Source: an uncultured Candidatus Saccharibacteria bacterium (GTDB taxonomy: Bacteria > Patescibacteriota > Saccharimonadia > Saccharimonadales > Saccharimonadaceae). Taken from it: a stretch of DNA of 64,000 nt. The notes under the pieces are model-generated. The model searched no databases, was not told the DNA's origin, and was given only the letters and a program-made list of their open reading frames with translations. The stretch is from positions 2,336 through 66,335 of the forward strand of contig CALHZK010000011.1 of the NCBI GenBank assembly GCA_938040655.1, written 5' to 3'. The translations under genes and the position numbers were made by a program. Below, piece by piece: positions 20,732 through 30,904 of the stretch (the first letter of the stretch is position 1; every line of letters begins with the position of its first letter).

Positions 20732-22930
20732 TTATTCGTAGAGAGCGCGGACGCCGGCCTCCATGTTCTCCCACTGGTAAGCCTCGGCGGTTTGCCGGCC
20801 TTGACGGATCAACTTTTGCCGCAGCGCGGGGTCCTCGACCACTCGAGTTATTTTCTCTACTGCATCAGCCAAATCACCCTGCTTATAAAAGAGGCAGTTC
20901 TCGCCGTCTCGCAGATATTCTACGTTGCCGTCATTTGGCAAGACAACCGCCACCCCACCGGTCGCCATCATCTCTAGTGGTGGATACGAAAAACTCTCAA
21001 GCAGGCTCGTTTTCAGCAGTATGTCACAGCTGGCGTAGACTTCACCAACCTTTTCTGGTGCAATCCGATTATAAAAATGGTCGACCCGGTACCACTCTTT
21101 TGGCTCTTTGCGGTACGACAAATACGATATCTCGTACTTTTGGGGATCGAGCTGGTTGATAATCCGGAACGCTTCGTCGGTATTTTTGTACTCACTCTTG
21201 CTGTCACCCTCGACTAAAATTTTTATCTTGCCAGTGAAGTCGCGATCACGATAAGGGTACCACTGTAAATCTATACCATTCGAGGCATAGCGCGACTCTT
21301 TGTGAAACTGCTCTCTCAGCCAACGTTGGCACCAGAGCGACATGGTGATATAGGCGACACCGGTCTGATCATTATACGAAGCATTCGCCAAGAAGCGTGG
21401 CCCACCCGTGCCGGGAGTATAAAAATCCGTCTCAAAATTTTGCACAAAGTATAAGCGATTTTTGACGTTCGGCTGCTTTTTGATAACCGCTTCGGTTGAC
21501 CACAGCGTCGCGACTAGACTATCAAAAAAGCCTTTCATCTTGGTTTCGTGGAGTCGCACCACATTAAATCCAGGTAAATCATAGCGGTAGTGGTAAGTCT
21601 TATTCGCGAGCTTCAGCGCATGGCGACTGACACCGTCAAGCAGCGTCACATCCCAGCCAGAGCGCCGCAAAATATCAGCGTGTTTTAAGGCGACAATGAC
21701 ACCGCCAGAAATATCGGTCGACGGCAGCACAAAGCCAATATTGCGCGCCAGCTTTTGCCGGATAAAGTCCGCCAGCGGGTAGCTATTATAAACAGTCGAG
21801 TGACTTTTGGCGGTCGCTCGATGTGCCGCATAGCCGAGTTTTTGCCGCTGCGCTGGGTCGTCGATCAGCTGCTTCAGTGCCGTATACCACTCATCATCAC
21901 CAACTAATACACCGGTCACACCGTCTTCGATTTGCTCGGCAAAGGCGCCGACCCTACTCGCCACGACCGGCAGCTTAACAAGCGATGCCTCGAGCCATTT
22001 ATTCTCAGATTTCGCACGGTTAAAGATTGTATCGGTCAGCGGTGAAATAACGATATCGCAATCAGCCATCGCTGCCGGTAGCAAGCGCCAATCCATAAAG
22101 CCGACGGTAATAAGCCGGTCACGATACGGCTCAAGTTGTGGTGGCACATCGAGGAGACCAGCTATTTTAAGATGAAGCTGCGGATACTCCTCAAATAGCC
22201 TGACGAGGCTTGGCAGCACCAGCTCAAAATCCTCATTGTGAGTAATACTGCCGCTGAAATAGCCGATCACCACCCGGTGCGGATCTTTTTGGACTGTCTC
22301 CAGTGCCTTGTTTGACATATAAGTCATTTCGTCTGACGCAGTGTTGCGGTTGATAAAAACGTCACCCTTGGTGTAGTGTTGTAGCTCCTGCTTGAGCTGC
22401 GTGGTGGTGGTGATCACGTGGTCACATAGCTCGAGAGTTTGGCGCATCCGCTGTACACCGTCATCATAGAGTGCTTTATCAGCCGCTGACATCTGCCGGA
22501 CATGGCGAATCTGGTCTGTATAGGCGGTGTCAATCACTAAATCATCTATATCAAAAAAACAGGTCTTATTATAGTAATGAGCCTGATCAATGAACTGCTT
22601 GATAGTCTCCGTCACCGGGCAGCGAAAGAAGACGAAGCCGCGGTAATACTTCAGCATATCGAGATTGAGCCGGTCATAAAATACACTATCGGCGACCAAC
22701 CCTTGCGAGGCAAGCTGCTCAATCTGGTGCGCTACCCGGTAGCGCTCCGGGTGAGGGAGTGTACAGCCATTAATGAACAGGATATCCTTGTAGAACTTTG
22801 GCTTTTTGGCAGGAAATTTTTTGTAATAGGCGTAGCGAGCTGCTCGCTTGGTGAACCGAATAAGCCCGTCGTCACGAATAATTTTACTACTTTTTTTGGT
22901 CGCGTTGTATAACTTGTTTAGCATGATCAC
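20732..22930 (-). CDS. large two-module glycosyltransferase (tandem GT-B/GT4-like halves)
   Basis: 732 aa. The C-terminal half carries ESFSYPPLEMMATGGVAVV and the central part has GT4-like nucleotide-sugar binding region features. Confidence 0.7.
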   Translation of the reverse strand: MIMLNKLYNATKKSSKIIRDDGLIRFTKRAARYAYYKKFPAKKPKFYKDILFINGCTLPHPERYRVAHQIEQLASQGLVADSVFYDRLNLDMLKYYRGFVFFRCPVTETIKQFIDQAHYYNKTCFFDIDDLVIDTAYTDQIRHVRQMSAADKALYDDGVQRMRQTLELCDHVITTTTQLKQELQHYTKGDVFINRNTASDEMTYMSNKALETVQKDPHRVVIGYFSGSITHNEDFELVLPSLVRLFEEYPQLHLKIAGLLDVPPQLEPYRDRLITVGFMDWRLLPAAMADCDIVISPLTDTIFNRAKSENKWLEASLVKLPVVASRVGAFAEQIEDGVTGVLVGDDEWYTALKQLIDDPAQRQKLGYAAHRATAKSHSTVYNSYPLADFIRQKLARNIGFVLPSTDISGGVIVALKHADILRRSGWDVTLLDGVSRHALKLANKTYHYRYDLPGFNVVRLHETKMKGFFDSLVATLWSTEAVIKKQPNVKNRLYFVQNFETDFYTPGTGGPRFLANASYNDQTGVAYITMSLWCQRWLREQFHKESRYASNGIDLQWYPYRDRDFTGKIKILVEGDSKSEYKNTDEAFRIINQLDPQKYEISYLSYRKEPKEWYRVDHFYNRIAPEKVGEVYASCDILLKTSLLESFSYPPLEMMATGGVAVVLPNDGNVEYLRDGENCLFYKQGDLADAVEKITRVVEDPALRQKLIRQGRQTAEAYQWENMEAGVRALYE

Positions 22931-24369
22931 TCCTCCTCTTTGTTGACTGTTATGTGTGGGCTGTACACGGTTCGGTACCCAGCTGATTGAAGCGCTCGGC
23001 TCAGTGCTCGACTGGTCAGTGGTGTTGACTGGTCAATCTGACGAAGTTTTGCCGTGTCAATCATTATCAATGGGCTATCGATCTCTGGTATATTATACGT
23101 CGCCGTCAGATAAATATGGCGGGTAAACGAGCGACGATTGAGTTTTTGGATTAGTCGAACGGTATCGTCTGCGAGCAAAAATTTAAGGTTCTCTCGCACC
23201 AACGAATCGTTGAGCCGGCCCGACACTACCCCGACGTCAGATCGCACAGCTTCGGCCGCGAGCGCCCGTGTATAAGCTGGCGGGAGGTGCCGCTGCTGAC
23301 TAAGAATGACAAAGTGGCTACTGAGCGATGGCAGAACTTCTCCAACCGTCTGCTGCGAAGGTGAAAGGTATGAGACAGTAGGCCGCTCCGGCGGAGTATA
23401 GTCGATGCGCCACTGTGCCCCATAAACAGGGTCACGCTGGACAGTCGCAGTTACCTGACGCACGGCGATATCGTCTTCTAGGGCCTGTCGCTGCGCAGCG
23501 ACAACATACGGCTTGGCATCAAGCTCACCAGCAGTTGATGCCTGATGAACCCGCCAATAGTATAAGATGTGTGGAATATGATAGATTGTCTCGGCGGCAA
23601 TCTGCCGTGTCAGTCGCAAAAATAGTTCCCAATCTTGCGTGCCATTATAGCGACCGTCTTCGCCACCAGCCGCCTCAAGTAGGGAGCGCTTAATAGTTGA
23701 AAAGTGGGTGATGTAATTTACCGATCGCAAAAAATCAGGGTTCCAATCTGGCTTAAAAAACGGTTGATACGGGCCGTGCGTATCATACTTTGCCTCATCT
23801 GTATAAATAAACTGAGCATCAGGGTGCTGGTTGATGACTTCGACGACTTTCCACAGTGCGTGTTGGTGCAACAAATCATCATGGTCAAGCAGCGACACAA
23901 AGTCACCCCGAGCCTGGGCTATTCCTGCGTTGGTCGCACCAGCAATATGCCGATTCTCTGGTAAAAAGTGGCCTTTGATGCGCGGGTCGGTGTCGACAAA
24001 TTGGCGAATGTCATCTCTGACTCGTTGATCGGTCGATAGATCGTCAACCAAGATAAGCTCCCAATTATCGTATGATTGCCCTTGCACCGAAGCAACCATT
24101 TCAGCCAAGTATTGAGCCGGCGTGTTATACAGCGGCACCACGATAGACATCAAGGGCCGCTCGGTAATTGGTGCCGTCACCACCGGGTGACGCCGCTGCC
24201 AGCGCTGGTAGAGCTGACGCTGACGCCAGTCGATATATGTGAGACACGGAGAGGCAAGCTTGCGAGCGATCTGATACCACTTTGGCTGACGTTGCTGATA
24301 CTGCCGGATATTGCCCACACGCCTTCTCACTATTTCCACCGGTACTCTAGTTTTGTGACTCCGCCCCAA
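22927..24369 (-). CDS. glycosyltransferase family 2
   Basis: SIVVPLYNT...VDDLSTD...DHDD GT-A motifs. The start is uncertain, and a GTG at 24318 would remove the overlap with wzt. Confidence 0.75.
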   Translation of the reverse strand: MGRSHKTRVPVEIVRRRVGNIRQYQQRQPKWYQIARKLASPCLTYIDWRQRQLYQRWQRRHPVVTAPITERPLMSIVVPLYNTPAQYLAEMVASVQGQSYDNWELILVDDLSTDQRVRDDIRQFVDTDPRIKGHFLPENRHIAGATNAGIAQARGDFVSLLDHDDLLHQHALWKVVEVINQHPDAQFIYTDEAKYDTHGPYQPFFKPDWNPDFLRSVNYITHFSTIKRSLLEAAGGEDGRYNGTQDWELFLRLTRQIAAETIYHIPHILYYWRVHQASTAGELDAKPYVVAAQRQALEDDIAVRQVTATVQRDPVYGAQWRIDYTPPERPTVSYLSPSQQTVGEVLPSLSSHFVILSQQRHLPPAYTRALAAEAVRSDVGVVSGRLNDSLVRENLKFLLADDTVRLIQKLNRRSFTRHIYLTATYNIPEIDSPLIMIDTAKLRQIDQSTPLTSRALSRALQSAGYRTVYSPHITVNKEEE

Positions 24370-25502
24370 CGACCTTTATCGTAATCTCGGCGCATCGAGA
24401 AATGAGGCCCCTCTTCAACAAAAGCAATAGTGTCAGTGTCATCTTTGCCTGTCAAACCGGCCTTGACGAAATAATCGCCTTCATTAAGATTAAGTTGTAC
24501 CGTGTACTCGGCCTGATGGTTTGACTGTAGTGTATAGTTATCCTGGTACGTATTTGGGCCAAAAACATATTCGCCGTTGTCGCGAAATATCGCCACGCCA
24601 ACATTCTTGACACCCTGCTGCTGCCACGATAGCCGCACAGTCATCGTCTCACCATAATCAAAGCTGGTCTTTGGGGTTCCCTCAGCGTCAAACAATTCTA
24701 CTGAAAAATCTGGCTGCTCATCGCTGACTTCTTGTGATCCATCATAATTCTGATTATTACTACGGCTATAGGCGGCGGCTACTCGATGTGGCTTGCCGAT
24801 TAGTTTGATCTGACCATCCTCGATAAAGACTGCTTTGCTACAAAATCGCTCAACCGCCGCCATGTCGTGAGTGACTAGCACAACTGTCCGTTTTTCACGC
24901 TTCAGTTTATCAAAGTAGGCGTAGCATTTTTTCTGAAACGCCTCGTCACCAACCGCCAAGACTTCATCCAAAAGCAAGATATCACCGCGAGCTCGAATCG
25001 CGATACTAAAGGCCAGCCGCACCTGCATGCCGCTCGAATAGTTTTTGAGGCGCTCTTCCATGAAGCCATCGAGCTCAGCAAAATCAACGATATCGTCATA
25101 CATTTTTTCCATCTCTTCACGGCTAAAGCCAAGCAGCGCACCATTCAGAAAGATATTTTCACGACCGGTCAGTTCAGGGCTGAAACCAACTCCCAGCTCA
25201 ATAAACGGTATCAGGGTGCCGTGGACTTGGACAGAGCCGCTGTTTGGCGCATAGATACCAGCGATCGTCTTCAGGAGCGTACTCTTACCAGAACCGTTTC
25301 GCCCTACGATACCAAAAAATTCACCCTGTTTTATCTCAAATGAGATATCTTGTAGCGGCGTAAAAATCCGGTAGCCTTTTTTGCGACTCAGCAGGCCGAC
25401 CAGCCGCTGCTTGAGCATCGTGGTCGATTCGATTGGAATCTTGAAGCTCTTCGTTAAGTGGTCTATACGAATCGCCACCTCAGACTGCTCTGATGTCGCC
25501 AT
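24330..25502 (-). CDS. wzt: polysaccharide ABC exporter ATP-binding protein with C-terminal glycan-binding-type extension (Wzt/TagH-like)
   Basis: Walker A GRNGSGKST, signature YSSGMQVRL and Walker B ILLLDE, plus a roughly 150-aa beta-rich C-terminal domain. The start is taken at ATG 25502, adjacent to the wzm stop. Confidence 0.88.
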   Translation of the reverse strand: MATSEQSEVAIRIDHLTKSFKIPIESTTMLKQRLVGLLSRKKGYRIFTPLQDISFEIKQGEFFGIVGRNGSGKSTLLKTIAGIYAPNSGSVQVHGTLIPFIELGVGFSPELTGRENIFLNGALLGFSREEMEKMYDDIVDFAELDGFMEERLKNYSSGMQVRLAFSIAIRARGDILLLDEVLAVGDEAFQKKCYAYFDKLKREKRTVVLVTHDMAAVERFCSKAVFIEDGQIKLIGKPHRVAAAYSRSNNQNYDGSQEVSDEQPDFSVELFDAEGTPKTSFDYGETMTVRLSWQQQGVKNVGVAIFRDNGEYVFGPNTYQDNYTLQSNHQAEYTVQLNLNEGDYFVKAGLTGKDDTDTIAFVEEGPHFSMRRDYDKGRWGGVTKLEYRWK

Positions 25503-25503
25503 A

Positions 25504-26322
25504 TTAAATATCCTCCGCAAAATACTTTGACTTCTTTGAAAAATACCAGGCTCCGACAAGGACCGTCAGTGTAATCACCAAACCCGGGATTATCACTCGC
25601 CAATCATGGATTAAATCAGTCATCCGAATCGTCGACTCGTTTTGATTGATCAAGGCATAGCGAGCATCTTGAATGATCTGCGTCACCGGATTCACAAACA
25701 ATAGTTCAGCTGCCATTCGACTACGCTCCAGAGCCATCTGGAGTGGATAGATGATCGGTGCCGCATAAAACGCCGCTTGCAAAATAATCTCCCAAATATA
25801 GCCGGTATCACGAAATTTCACATTCAAGACAGACAGCAAAAGAGCAATCCCTAATGAAAAAATATACAGCTCAAATATCAGTGGGATAATCCACAAAGCA
25901 GTCCAATGAAGTTCAACCCCATTGAGCAACATAAAGGCAATCACCACCAACAGATTGATGAATAAATTAATAAGCGACGAAATTGTCCCTGATATGACGA
26001 TAATGTATTTCGGAAAATCAAGTTTGCGAATCAAGTCACCACGGTTCACAATTGAGCCAAGACCATTACTTGTCGCCTCAGTAAAGAACGACCACAACAC
26101 CACACCCAGTAGTAAGGTTACGGCAAAATGCGGCACCCCCCGGTCCATCCGCAAAATATAGACAAACACGACATACAAAATCGCAAATATAAATAGTGGC
26201 TTGAGCACGCTCCAAATATACCCAAGGACAGAACCCTGATATCGCAGCTTAAAATCAGTCACTACCAGCTCGCGCAGAAGAATCCGATTCTTCCGGCTCA
26301 GCAACCCAATTCCTTGTTTCAT
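25504..26322 (-). CDS. wzm: ABC-2 type polysaccharide exporter permease (Wzm/TagG-like)
   Basis: 272 aa with 6 TM segments and the typical ABC-2 N-terminus (ELVVTDFKLRYQGSVLGYIWS). It lies immediately upstream of wzt. Confidence 0.88.
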   Translation of the reverse strand: MKQGIGLLSRKNRILLRELVVTDFKLRYQGSVLGYIWSVLKPLFIFAILYVVFVYILRMDRGVPHFAVTLLLGVVLWSFFTEATSNGLGSIVNRGDLIRKLDFPKYIIVISGTISSLINLFINLLVVIAFMLLNGVELHWTALWIIPLIFELYIFSLGIALLLSVLNVKFRDTGYIWEIILQAAFYAAPIIYPLQMALERSRMAAELLFVNPVTQIIQDARYALINQNESTIRMTDLIHDWRVIIPGLVITLTVLVGAWYFSKKSKYFAEDI

Positions 26323-26342
26323 AGGCTATATTATAGAGTATA

Positions 26343-27377
26343 ATGGACTATATGAACAGACTAGTTGTGATTATTCTTAACTGGAACGGTGCTGACGATA
26401 CCATCGCCTGTATTGACTCATTGCGGCAACAAAAAACTGTCCCGTCGATCATTGTGGTAGATAATGATTCGTCCGACGATTCGCTCGCTCGCTTGCAGCA
26501 GTACAAAAAGCGCCACAGTAAAAGCGATCTCCGCTTGATCAAAAATACGCGAAACAGCGGCTTTGCCGGCGGCATCAATGTCGGCCTTCTGCATGCACTT
26601 GGTGAAGGATTTGAATATATTGGTATTCTCAATCCAGATGCTACGGCCGCAAAAATGTGGTCAACCGAGTTAATAAAGGAGCTTGATAAAAATCCAGAAT
26701 ATGGCTTGGCAACCGGTCTGCTTTTGAGCCGTGATGGCAAAACGATTGACAGTACTGGTGACTTTTATTCAACGTGGGGGTTGGCGTTTCCGCGTGGCCG
26801 CGGCCAGCCAAGAAGCCAGGCTTCCAAAAAGGCCGAGCCGGTGTTTGGTGCGACTGGTGGCTCGGTGGTATTTCGAGCAAGTGTGTTTGAAAAAATTGGC
26901 CTATTTGATGAGCGGTTTTTTATGTATTACGAAGATGTCGATATCAGTTTTCGGGCGCAACTTGCTGGCTTTCGCGTTCGCTACACTCCCCGAGCAATTG
27001 CTTACCATAAGCAAGGTGCCAGTTCACAGAAAGTACCTGGTTTAACTGTCTATAACACCTTCAAAAATCTACCGCTGCTCGCGTATAAAAACCTACCGAC
27101 AGGTTTATTGTGGAGTGTTCTCCCACGTTTTTGGTTGGCGTATTGGCTGTTTTACTTCAACGCAATTCGCCGTGGTAATGGCTGGGCGGCGACCAAGGGT
27201 ATCGGAGCGAGTTTGCGGCTCCTCCCATACTGCATCGCCTACCGGCACAAAAATCGACGAGCCCGTATTGTCACTGTCAAATATATTCGCTCGCTAATTT
27301 ACAATGGACTCCCGCCGGTTGAGTCTGGTTTACAGCGGTTAATTCATCCTTTTAAAAGTCGCCGATCTAAAACATGA
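26343..27377 (+). CDS. glycosyltransferase family 2 (rhamnosyltransferase-like)
   Basis: VVIILNWNG...VVDNDSSD...NSGFAGG...FMYYEDVD motifs. Confidence 0.8.
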   Translation: MDYMNRLVVIILNWNGADDTIACIDSLRQQKTVPSIIVVDNDSSDDSLARLQQYKKRHSKSDLRLIKNTRNSGFAGGINVGLLHALGEGFEYIGILNPDATAAKMWSTELIKELDKNPEYGLATGLLLSRDGKTIDSTGDFYSTWGLAFPRGRGQPRSQASKKAEPVFGATGGSVVFRASVFEKIGLFDERFFMYYEDVDISFRAQLAGFRVRYTPRAIAYHKQGASSQKVPGLTVYNTFKNLPLLAYKNLPTGLLWSVLPRFWLAYWLFYFNAIRRGNGWAATKGIGASLRLLPYCIAYRHKNRRARIVTVKYIRSLIYNGLPPVESGLQRLIHPFKSRRSKT

Positions 27378-28333
27378 GTATGAAAAAATGTATCACTATC
27401 CTTATCCCTACCTACAACGAGCAAGCGGTACTTCCCGAGCTCTTTCAGCGGCTCAATCAGCTGACACAAAAAACCGATAAATATCAGTTTGAATTCTTGT
27501 TTGTCGATGACGGCAGCCGCGATGCGACGCGCCAACTACTGAGAGAACAGGCCGCACGAGACCCACGCATTAGCTACCTGGCGCTATCGCGTAATTTCGG
27601 CAAAGAAATCTCCATGACCGCTGGTATCGATCATGTTCATAGCGATGCGCTAGTGATTATTGACGCTGATCTGCAAGACCCACCCGAGTTGATTCCTCAG
27701 ATGATTCATTATTGGGAGCAAGGGTTTGATGACGTATACGCTCGCCGGCAAAGTCGCCGAGGCGAAACGTGGCTCAAAAAGAAAACAAGCCAGTGGTACT
27801 ACAAACTTCTTCAGACCACTACCTCCATACCGATCCAAGTCGACACTGGTGATTTTCGCCTGCTAGACCGGCGCTGTATCGAGGCATTACAACAATTTCG
27901 TGAAAGCCAGCGCAACACCAAGGCTCTGTTTAGCTGGATTGGTTACAAAAAGAAGGAAATCTACTACCATCGTGATTCACGACTAGCCGGCTCTACCAAG
28001 TGGAATTATCGACAGCTCATTAATCTCGCGATTGATGGTATCACTAGCTTTACGACCGCACCATTACGGATTGCGGCTATCCTTGGTTTCATTATTTCGC
28101 TTGTAGCTTTTTTGTGGATCGTCTATCTACTGGTACGGCCATTATTCGGTGTGCCGACCGGTGCTGGCTACTCATCATTGATGGCTACTATCCTATTTTT
28201 GGGCGGCGTGCAGTTGCTGTCTCTCGGAGTAATTGGTGAATATGTTGGCCGGATCTTCTTAGAGACAAAACGACGACCACTATATCTCATAGAGGAGCAC
28301 CACACTGCCACGACAGCCAAAAAGCAATCTTAA
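27374..28333 (+). CDS. GT2 polyprenyl-phosphate glycosyltransferase with two C-terminal TM helices (GtrB/ArnC-like)
   Basis: ILIPTYNE...VDDGSRD...IDADLQDPPE motifs and two C-terminal TM segments. Confidence 0.88.
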   Translation: MSMKKCITILIPTYNEQAVLPELFQRLNQLTQKTDKYQFEFLFVDDGSRDATRQLLREQAARDPRISYLALSRNFGKEISMTAGIDHVHSDALVIIDADLQDPPELIPQMIHYWEQGFDDVYARRQSRRGETWLKKKTSQWYYKLLQTTTSIPIQVDTGDFRLLDRRCIEALQQFRESQRNTKALFSWIGYKKKEIYYHRDSRLAGSTKWNYRQLINLAIDGITSFTTAPLRIAAILGFIISLVAFLWIVYLLVRPLFGVPTGAGYSSLMATILFLGGVQLLSLGVIGEYVGRIFLETKRRPLYLIEEHHTATTAKKQS

Positions 28334-28385
28334 ATGGCGTTTTATATTAGTTGGCTGTGTTAATACGCTGATTGATTTCGGTCTC

Positions 28386-28712
28386 TTGTATATACTGACG
28401 AGTTGGGCTGCTTTGCCTCATCTGGTCGCTAATATTATTTCAACCACAAGTGCTTTTTGTGTCAGTTTTTTTGCCAATCGTCGCTACACGTTTCGATCAA
28501 CCCATCAACAGGCTGTGCAGCAATTTTGGCGTTTTAGCCTTGTCACCCTAAGTGGGTTATGGATTATCCAGAGTGGTGTCCTCGCTGTCGCTATGCCGCT
28601 TCTGCAACGCGGCCTACCTCACGATGTTGCCCTCCTCGTTGGTAAGATAATCGCGACGGCAACTTCTCTCGTATGGAATTTTGTGCTTTATCGCCGGATA
28701 GTATTTAGATAG
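28386..28712 (+). CDS. GtrA-family small membrane protein (N-terminus probably lies upstream of the track start)
   Basis: The sequence is GtrA-like. The same frame is open back to 28293 and encodes KWRFILVGCVNTLIDFGLL, the conserved first GtrA helix. However, no ATG, GTG or TTG occurs there. Confidence 0.75.
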   Translation: MYILTSWAALPHLVANIISTTSAFCVSFFANRRYTFRSTHQQAVQQFWRFSLVTLSGLWIIQSGVLAVAMPLLQRGLPHDVALLVGKIIATATSLVWNFVLYRRIVFR

Positions 28713-28719
28713 AAATCCT

Positions 28720-29181
28720 TTAGTCGTCTTTTTTACTCATCACTAAGTGGCGCGCCCGACCCTCACCTTCAGAGTGTGTCTCGACATCGTTGTATTCGCT
28801 GGCCACATGGTGCACCACCCAGCGGTCGGCTGCATTGAGATCGATCATCTTTGTCTCACCAGTCTGGCGGACGTAGTCGATCCAGCCACGAGCTTTTTCA
28901 GCAATTTTTTCAGCATGCTGTTTCTTGTAGTCAGCGATATCGACATTGACACGAGTAATAGCCGCCTCATTATTACGTAGTGTTGTCGACACTAAATATT
29001 GTAGGCTACGCAAAGTCTCTGCCCCACGCCCAATAAGCAAACTATTTCGCTCACTCGAAGGAATGGTCGCAATAACCACCTCGCCCTCTAGTCGTACCGT
29101 CACATCGATATTGAGATCAAAAAACGCCAGTATGTCTTCTAGGTATTTCTTTACAAATGCAAGCGTTGCATCTTGATCCAT
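28720..29181 (-). CDS. jag: Jag/SpoIIIJ-associated RNA-binding protein (KH + R3H)
   Basis: 153 aa with KH-like and R3H-like segments, in the conserved position downstream of yidC. Confidence 0.8.
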   Translation of the reverse strand: MDQDATLAFVKKYLEDILAFFDLNIDVTVRLEGEVVIATIPSSERNSLLIGRGAETLRSLQYLVSTTLRNNEAAITRVNVDIADYKKQHAEKIAEKARGWIDYVRQTGETKMIDLNAADRWVVHHVASEYNDVETHSEGEGRARHLVMSKKDD

Positions 29182-29190
29182 AGTCCTCTC

Positions 29191-30117
29191 CTATTCTTTG
29201 GCTTTAATGCGAGTAACTCGGGCTTCGGTTGCTTCCTTAGCTCGTTTTTTGGCAGTTGGTTGAGACGAACGTGATGCTGGCGACTTTTTCTGGGCGATCT
29301 GCTGTAGTTCTTCTTTGTCTTGTCGTAAAATAATTGCGTTTTGGCCATATGCGACTGCATTAGCTGTGGCGATATAGAGCGCTAGCGCCCCCGGCAGGCT
29401 TATCATGATCAAAAAGAGAGTTATTGGCATGATCTTCATCATCTTACGCATGACGATCGCGTTGATTTCAGACTGGTCAGCCTCTTTCCCTTGACTAGCT
29501 TCTGCCAATACATCACGGAGGCGGCGCTTACTTTCAGTGTTCGGCGACATCTGCCGAGAGGTGAGATACTGCAACACTGCCGCCACCAACGCCAGTACTA
29601 CCAACCCAAACGCTACGCCCTTTGGTGACATAGCTTGCTGAGTCAGGTCAACAATACCGAGGAAATTCTGGTTGAAATTATCCGGCGCAGCAAGCAGCTG
29701 CTTGACTGCCGGCCACCCCTCTATAAAGTCGTAGGTATACTTTGCCAGCTCGTTTCGATGCAGCGCAAACAGCTGAACCACTCGATAAATCCCAATCAAC
29801 ACTGGCAATTGAATCAGCAATACACCAATTGACCCGACCGCACTGACATTGTGCTTTTTATAAAGATCCATCATCGCCAGAGCTTGCATCTGCCGGTTGT
29901 TTTTGTATTTGGTTTTTATCTTGGCTAACTCTGGCTGCATTTTACGCATAGCTTTTGCCTGATGAAGCTGTTTCTTCACGAGCGGCCATAGCAAAAAGCG
30001 AACTATCATCGTCAACAAGATGATACTGACACCAAAATCACCCCCCGGAATCAAGGCATAAATCGCCATCAGTAAATTGAAAATCGGTTGTACGACAACC
30101 ACGTCAAACAAATTCAT
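29191..30117 (-). CDS. yidC: membrane protein insertase YidC (short monoderm form)
   Basis: PLVKKQ...MQ.LQP... motifs, about 5 TM segments, a basic C-tail, and synteny with rnpA. Confidence 0.9.
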   Translation of the reverse strand: MNLFDVVVVQPIFNLLMAIYALIPGGDFGVSIILLTMIVRFLLWPLVKKQLHQAKAMRKMQPELAKIKTKYKNNRQMQALAMMDLYKKHNVSAVGSIGVLLIQLPVLIGIYRVVQLFALHRNELAKYTYDFIEGWPAVKQLLAAPDNFNQNFLGIVDLTQQAMSPKGVAFGLVVLALVAAVLQYLTSRQMSPNTESKRRLRDVLAEASQGKEADQSEINAIVMRKMMKIMPITLFLIMISLPGALALYIATANAVAYGQNAIILRQDKEELQQIAQKKSPASRSSQPTAKKRAKEATEARVTRIKAKE

Positions 30118-30142
30118 GCTGATTATTATATCAGATACCGGC

Positions 30143-30490
30143 TCATTTATATAGCCCCGCCTGAGCGAACAGCTGTGATATTATCGCCTGCAGGTCTTGA
30201 TGACTCTTCTGCAACACCTCGGCCGAAAACACCAAGATTGCCACATCTTGGTTAGTTTTTAACAGAGGTAATTGATGGCGAATAATCTCATACACTCGCC
30301 GCCGAACTCGGTTACGCCCTACTGCTGATTTAAGAATTTTCTTACTAATCACCACCGCAAACCGGCTCGATCGACGCCGTGGATTATTACTATATTTAAT
30401 AGTCAGCAACGATGAACGAACTGCTGCACCACGCGCATATAAAAACCGTAAACTACCGTGCCCATGAAATCGATACCGCTGCCCTAGCAT
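30143..30490 (-). CDS. rnpA: ribonuclease P protein component
   Basis: 115 aa and basic, with the RNR-type motif AVGRNRVRRR. It lies downstream of rpmH. Confidence 0.9.
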   Translation of the reverse strand: MLGQRYRFHGHGSLRFLYARGAAVRSSLLTIKYSNNPRRRSSRFAVVISKKILKSAVGRNRVRRRVYEIIRHQLPLLKTNQDVAILVFSAEVLQKSHQDLQAIISQLFAQAGLYK

Positions 30491-30512
30491 ACGATAAGTA
30501 TATCATTATAAA

Positions 30513-30550
30513 TGTAAAACCCCACTCATAATCTGCAGTGGGGGTTTACA
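30513..30550 (-). terminator. hairpin directly after the rpmH stop (possible attenuator between rpmH and rnpA)
   Basis: 13-position stem tgtaaaaccccac/gtgggggtttaca with one A-G mismatch and a 12-nt loop. Only a weak T-rich tail follows on the minus strand. Confidence 0.35.
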
Positions 30551-30688
30551 TCAAATCGCAAGTTTTGCGCGACCTTTGAGCCGGCGGCGCTTCAAAACGG
30601 CGCGACCCGCCTTGGTCGACACCCGTGCCCGAAACCCATGTGTCTTGGCGCGGTGTCGCTTATGTGGTTGAAATGTTCGCTTTGGCAT
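30551..30688 (-). CDS. rpmH: 50S ribosomal protein L34
   Basis: My own translation of the minus strand gives [45 protein letters not shown]. At 45 aa it is below the ORF-track cutoff. Confidence 0.95.
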   Translation of the reverse strand: MPKRTFQPHKRHRAKTHGFRARVSTKAGRAVLKRRRLKGRAKLAI

Positions 30689-30737
30689 ATCGCCTTATAG
30701 TGTAGCTTTTTTTGGTCAGTTTTTCAAGCTAGCATAA

Positions 30738-30849
30738 TTTTCCACTTTTTGGAGTGGGTTTTCCACTATACTATCAGGGGTAGTAATTTATTGTGGAAAA
30801 CCCACAGTTGGGTCATAAATTTTTGCCATGTGACACTACTTGTGGAAAA
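30738..30849. promoter_or_regulatory. DnaA-box cluster upstream of dnaA
   Basis: Four TTTTCCAC(A/T) boxes. Copies at 30738-30746 and 30759-30767 are forward, and copies at 30792-30800 and 30841-30849 are reverse. An AT-rich stretch follows. Confidence 0.7.
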
Positions 30850-30904
30850 CTCAATTTTTTTGTTATAGTAATCTACGGAATCAGATAAAACTAAGGAGAC
30901 GGCG

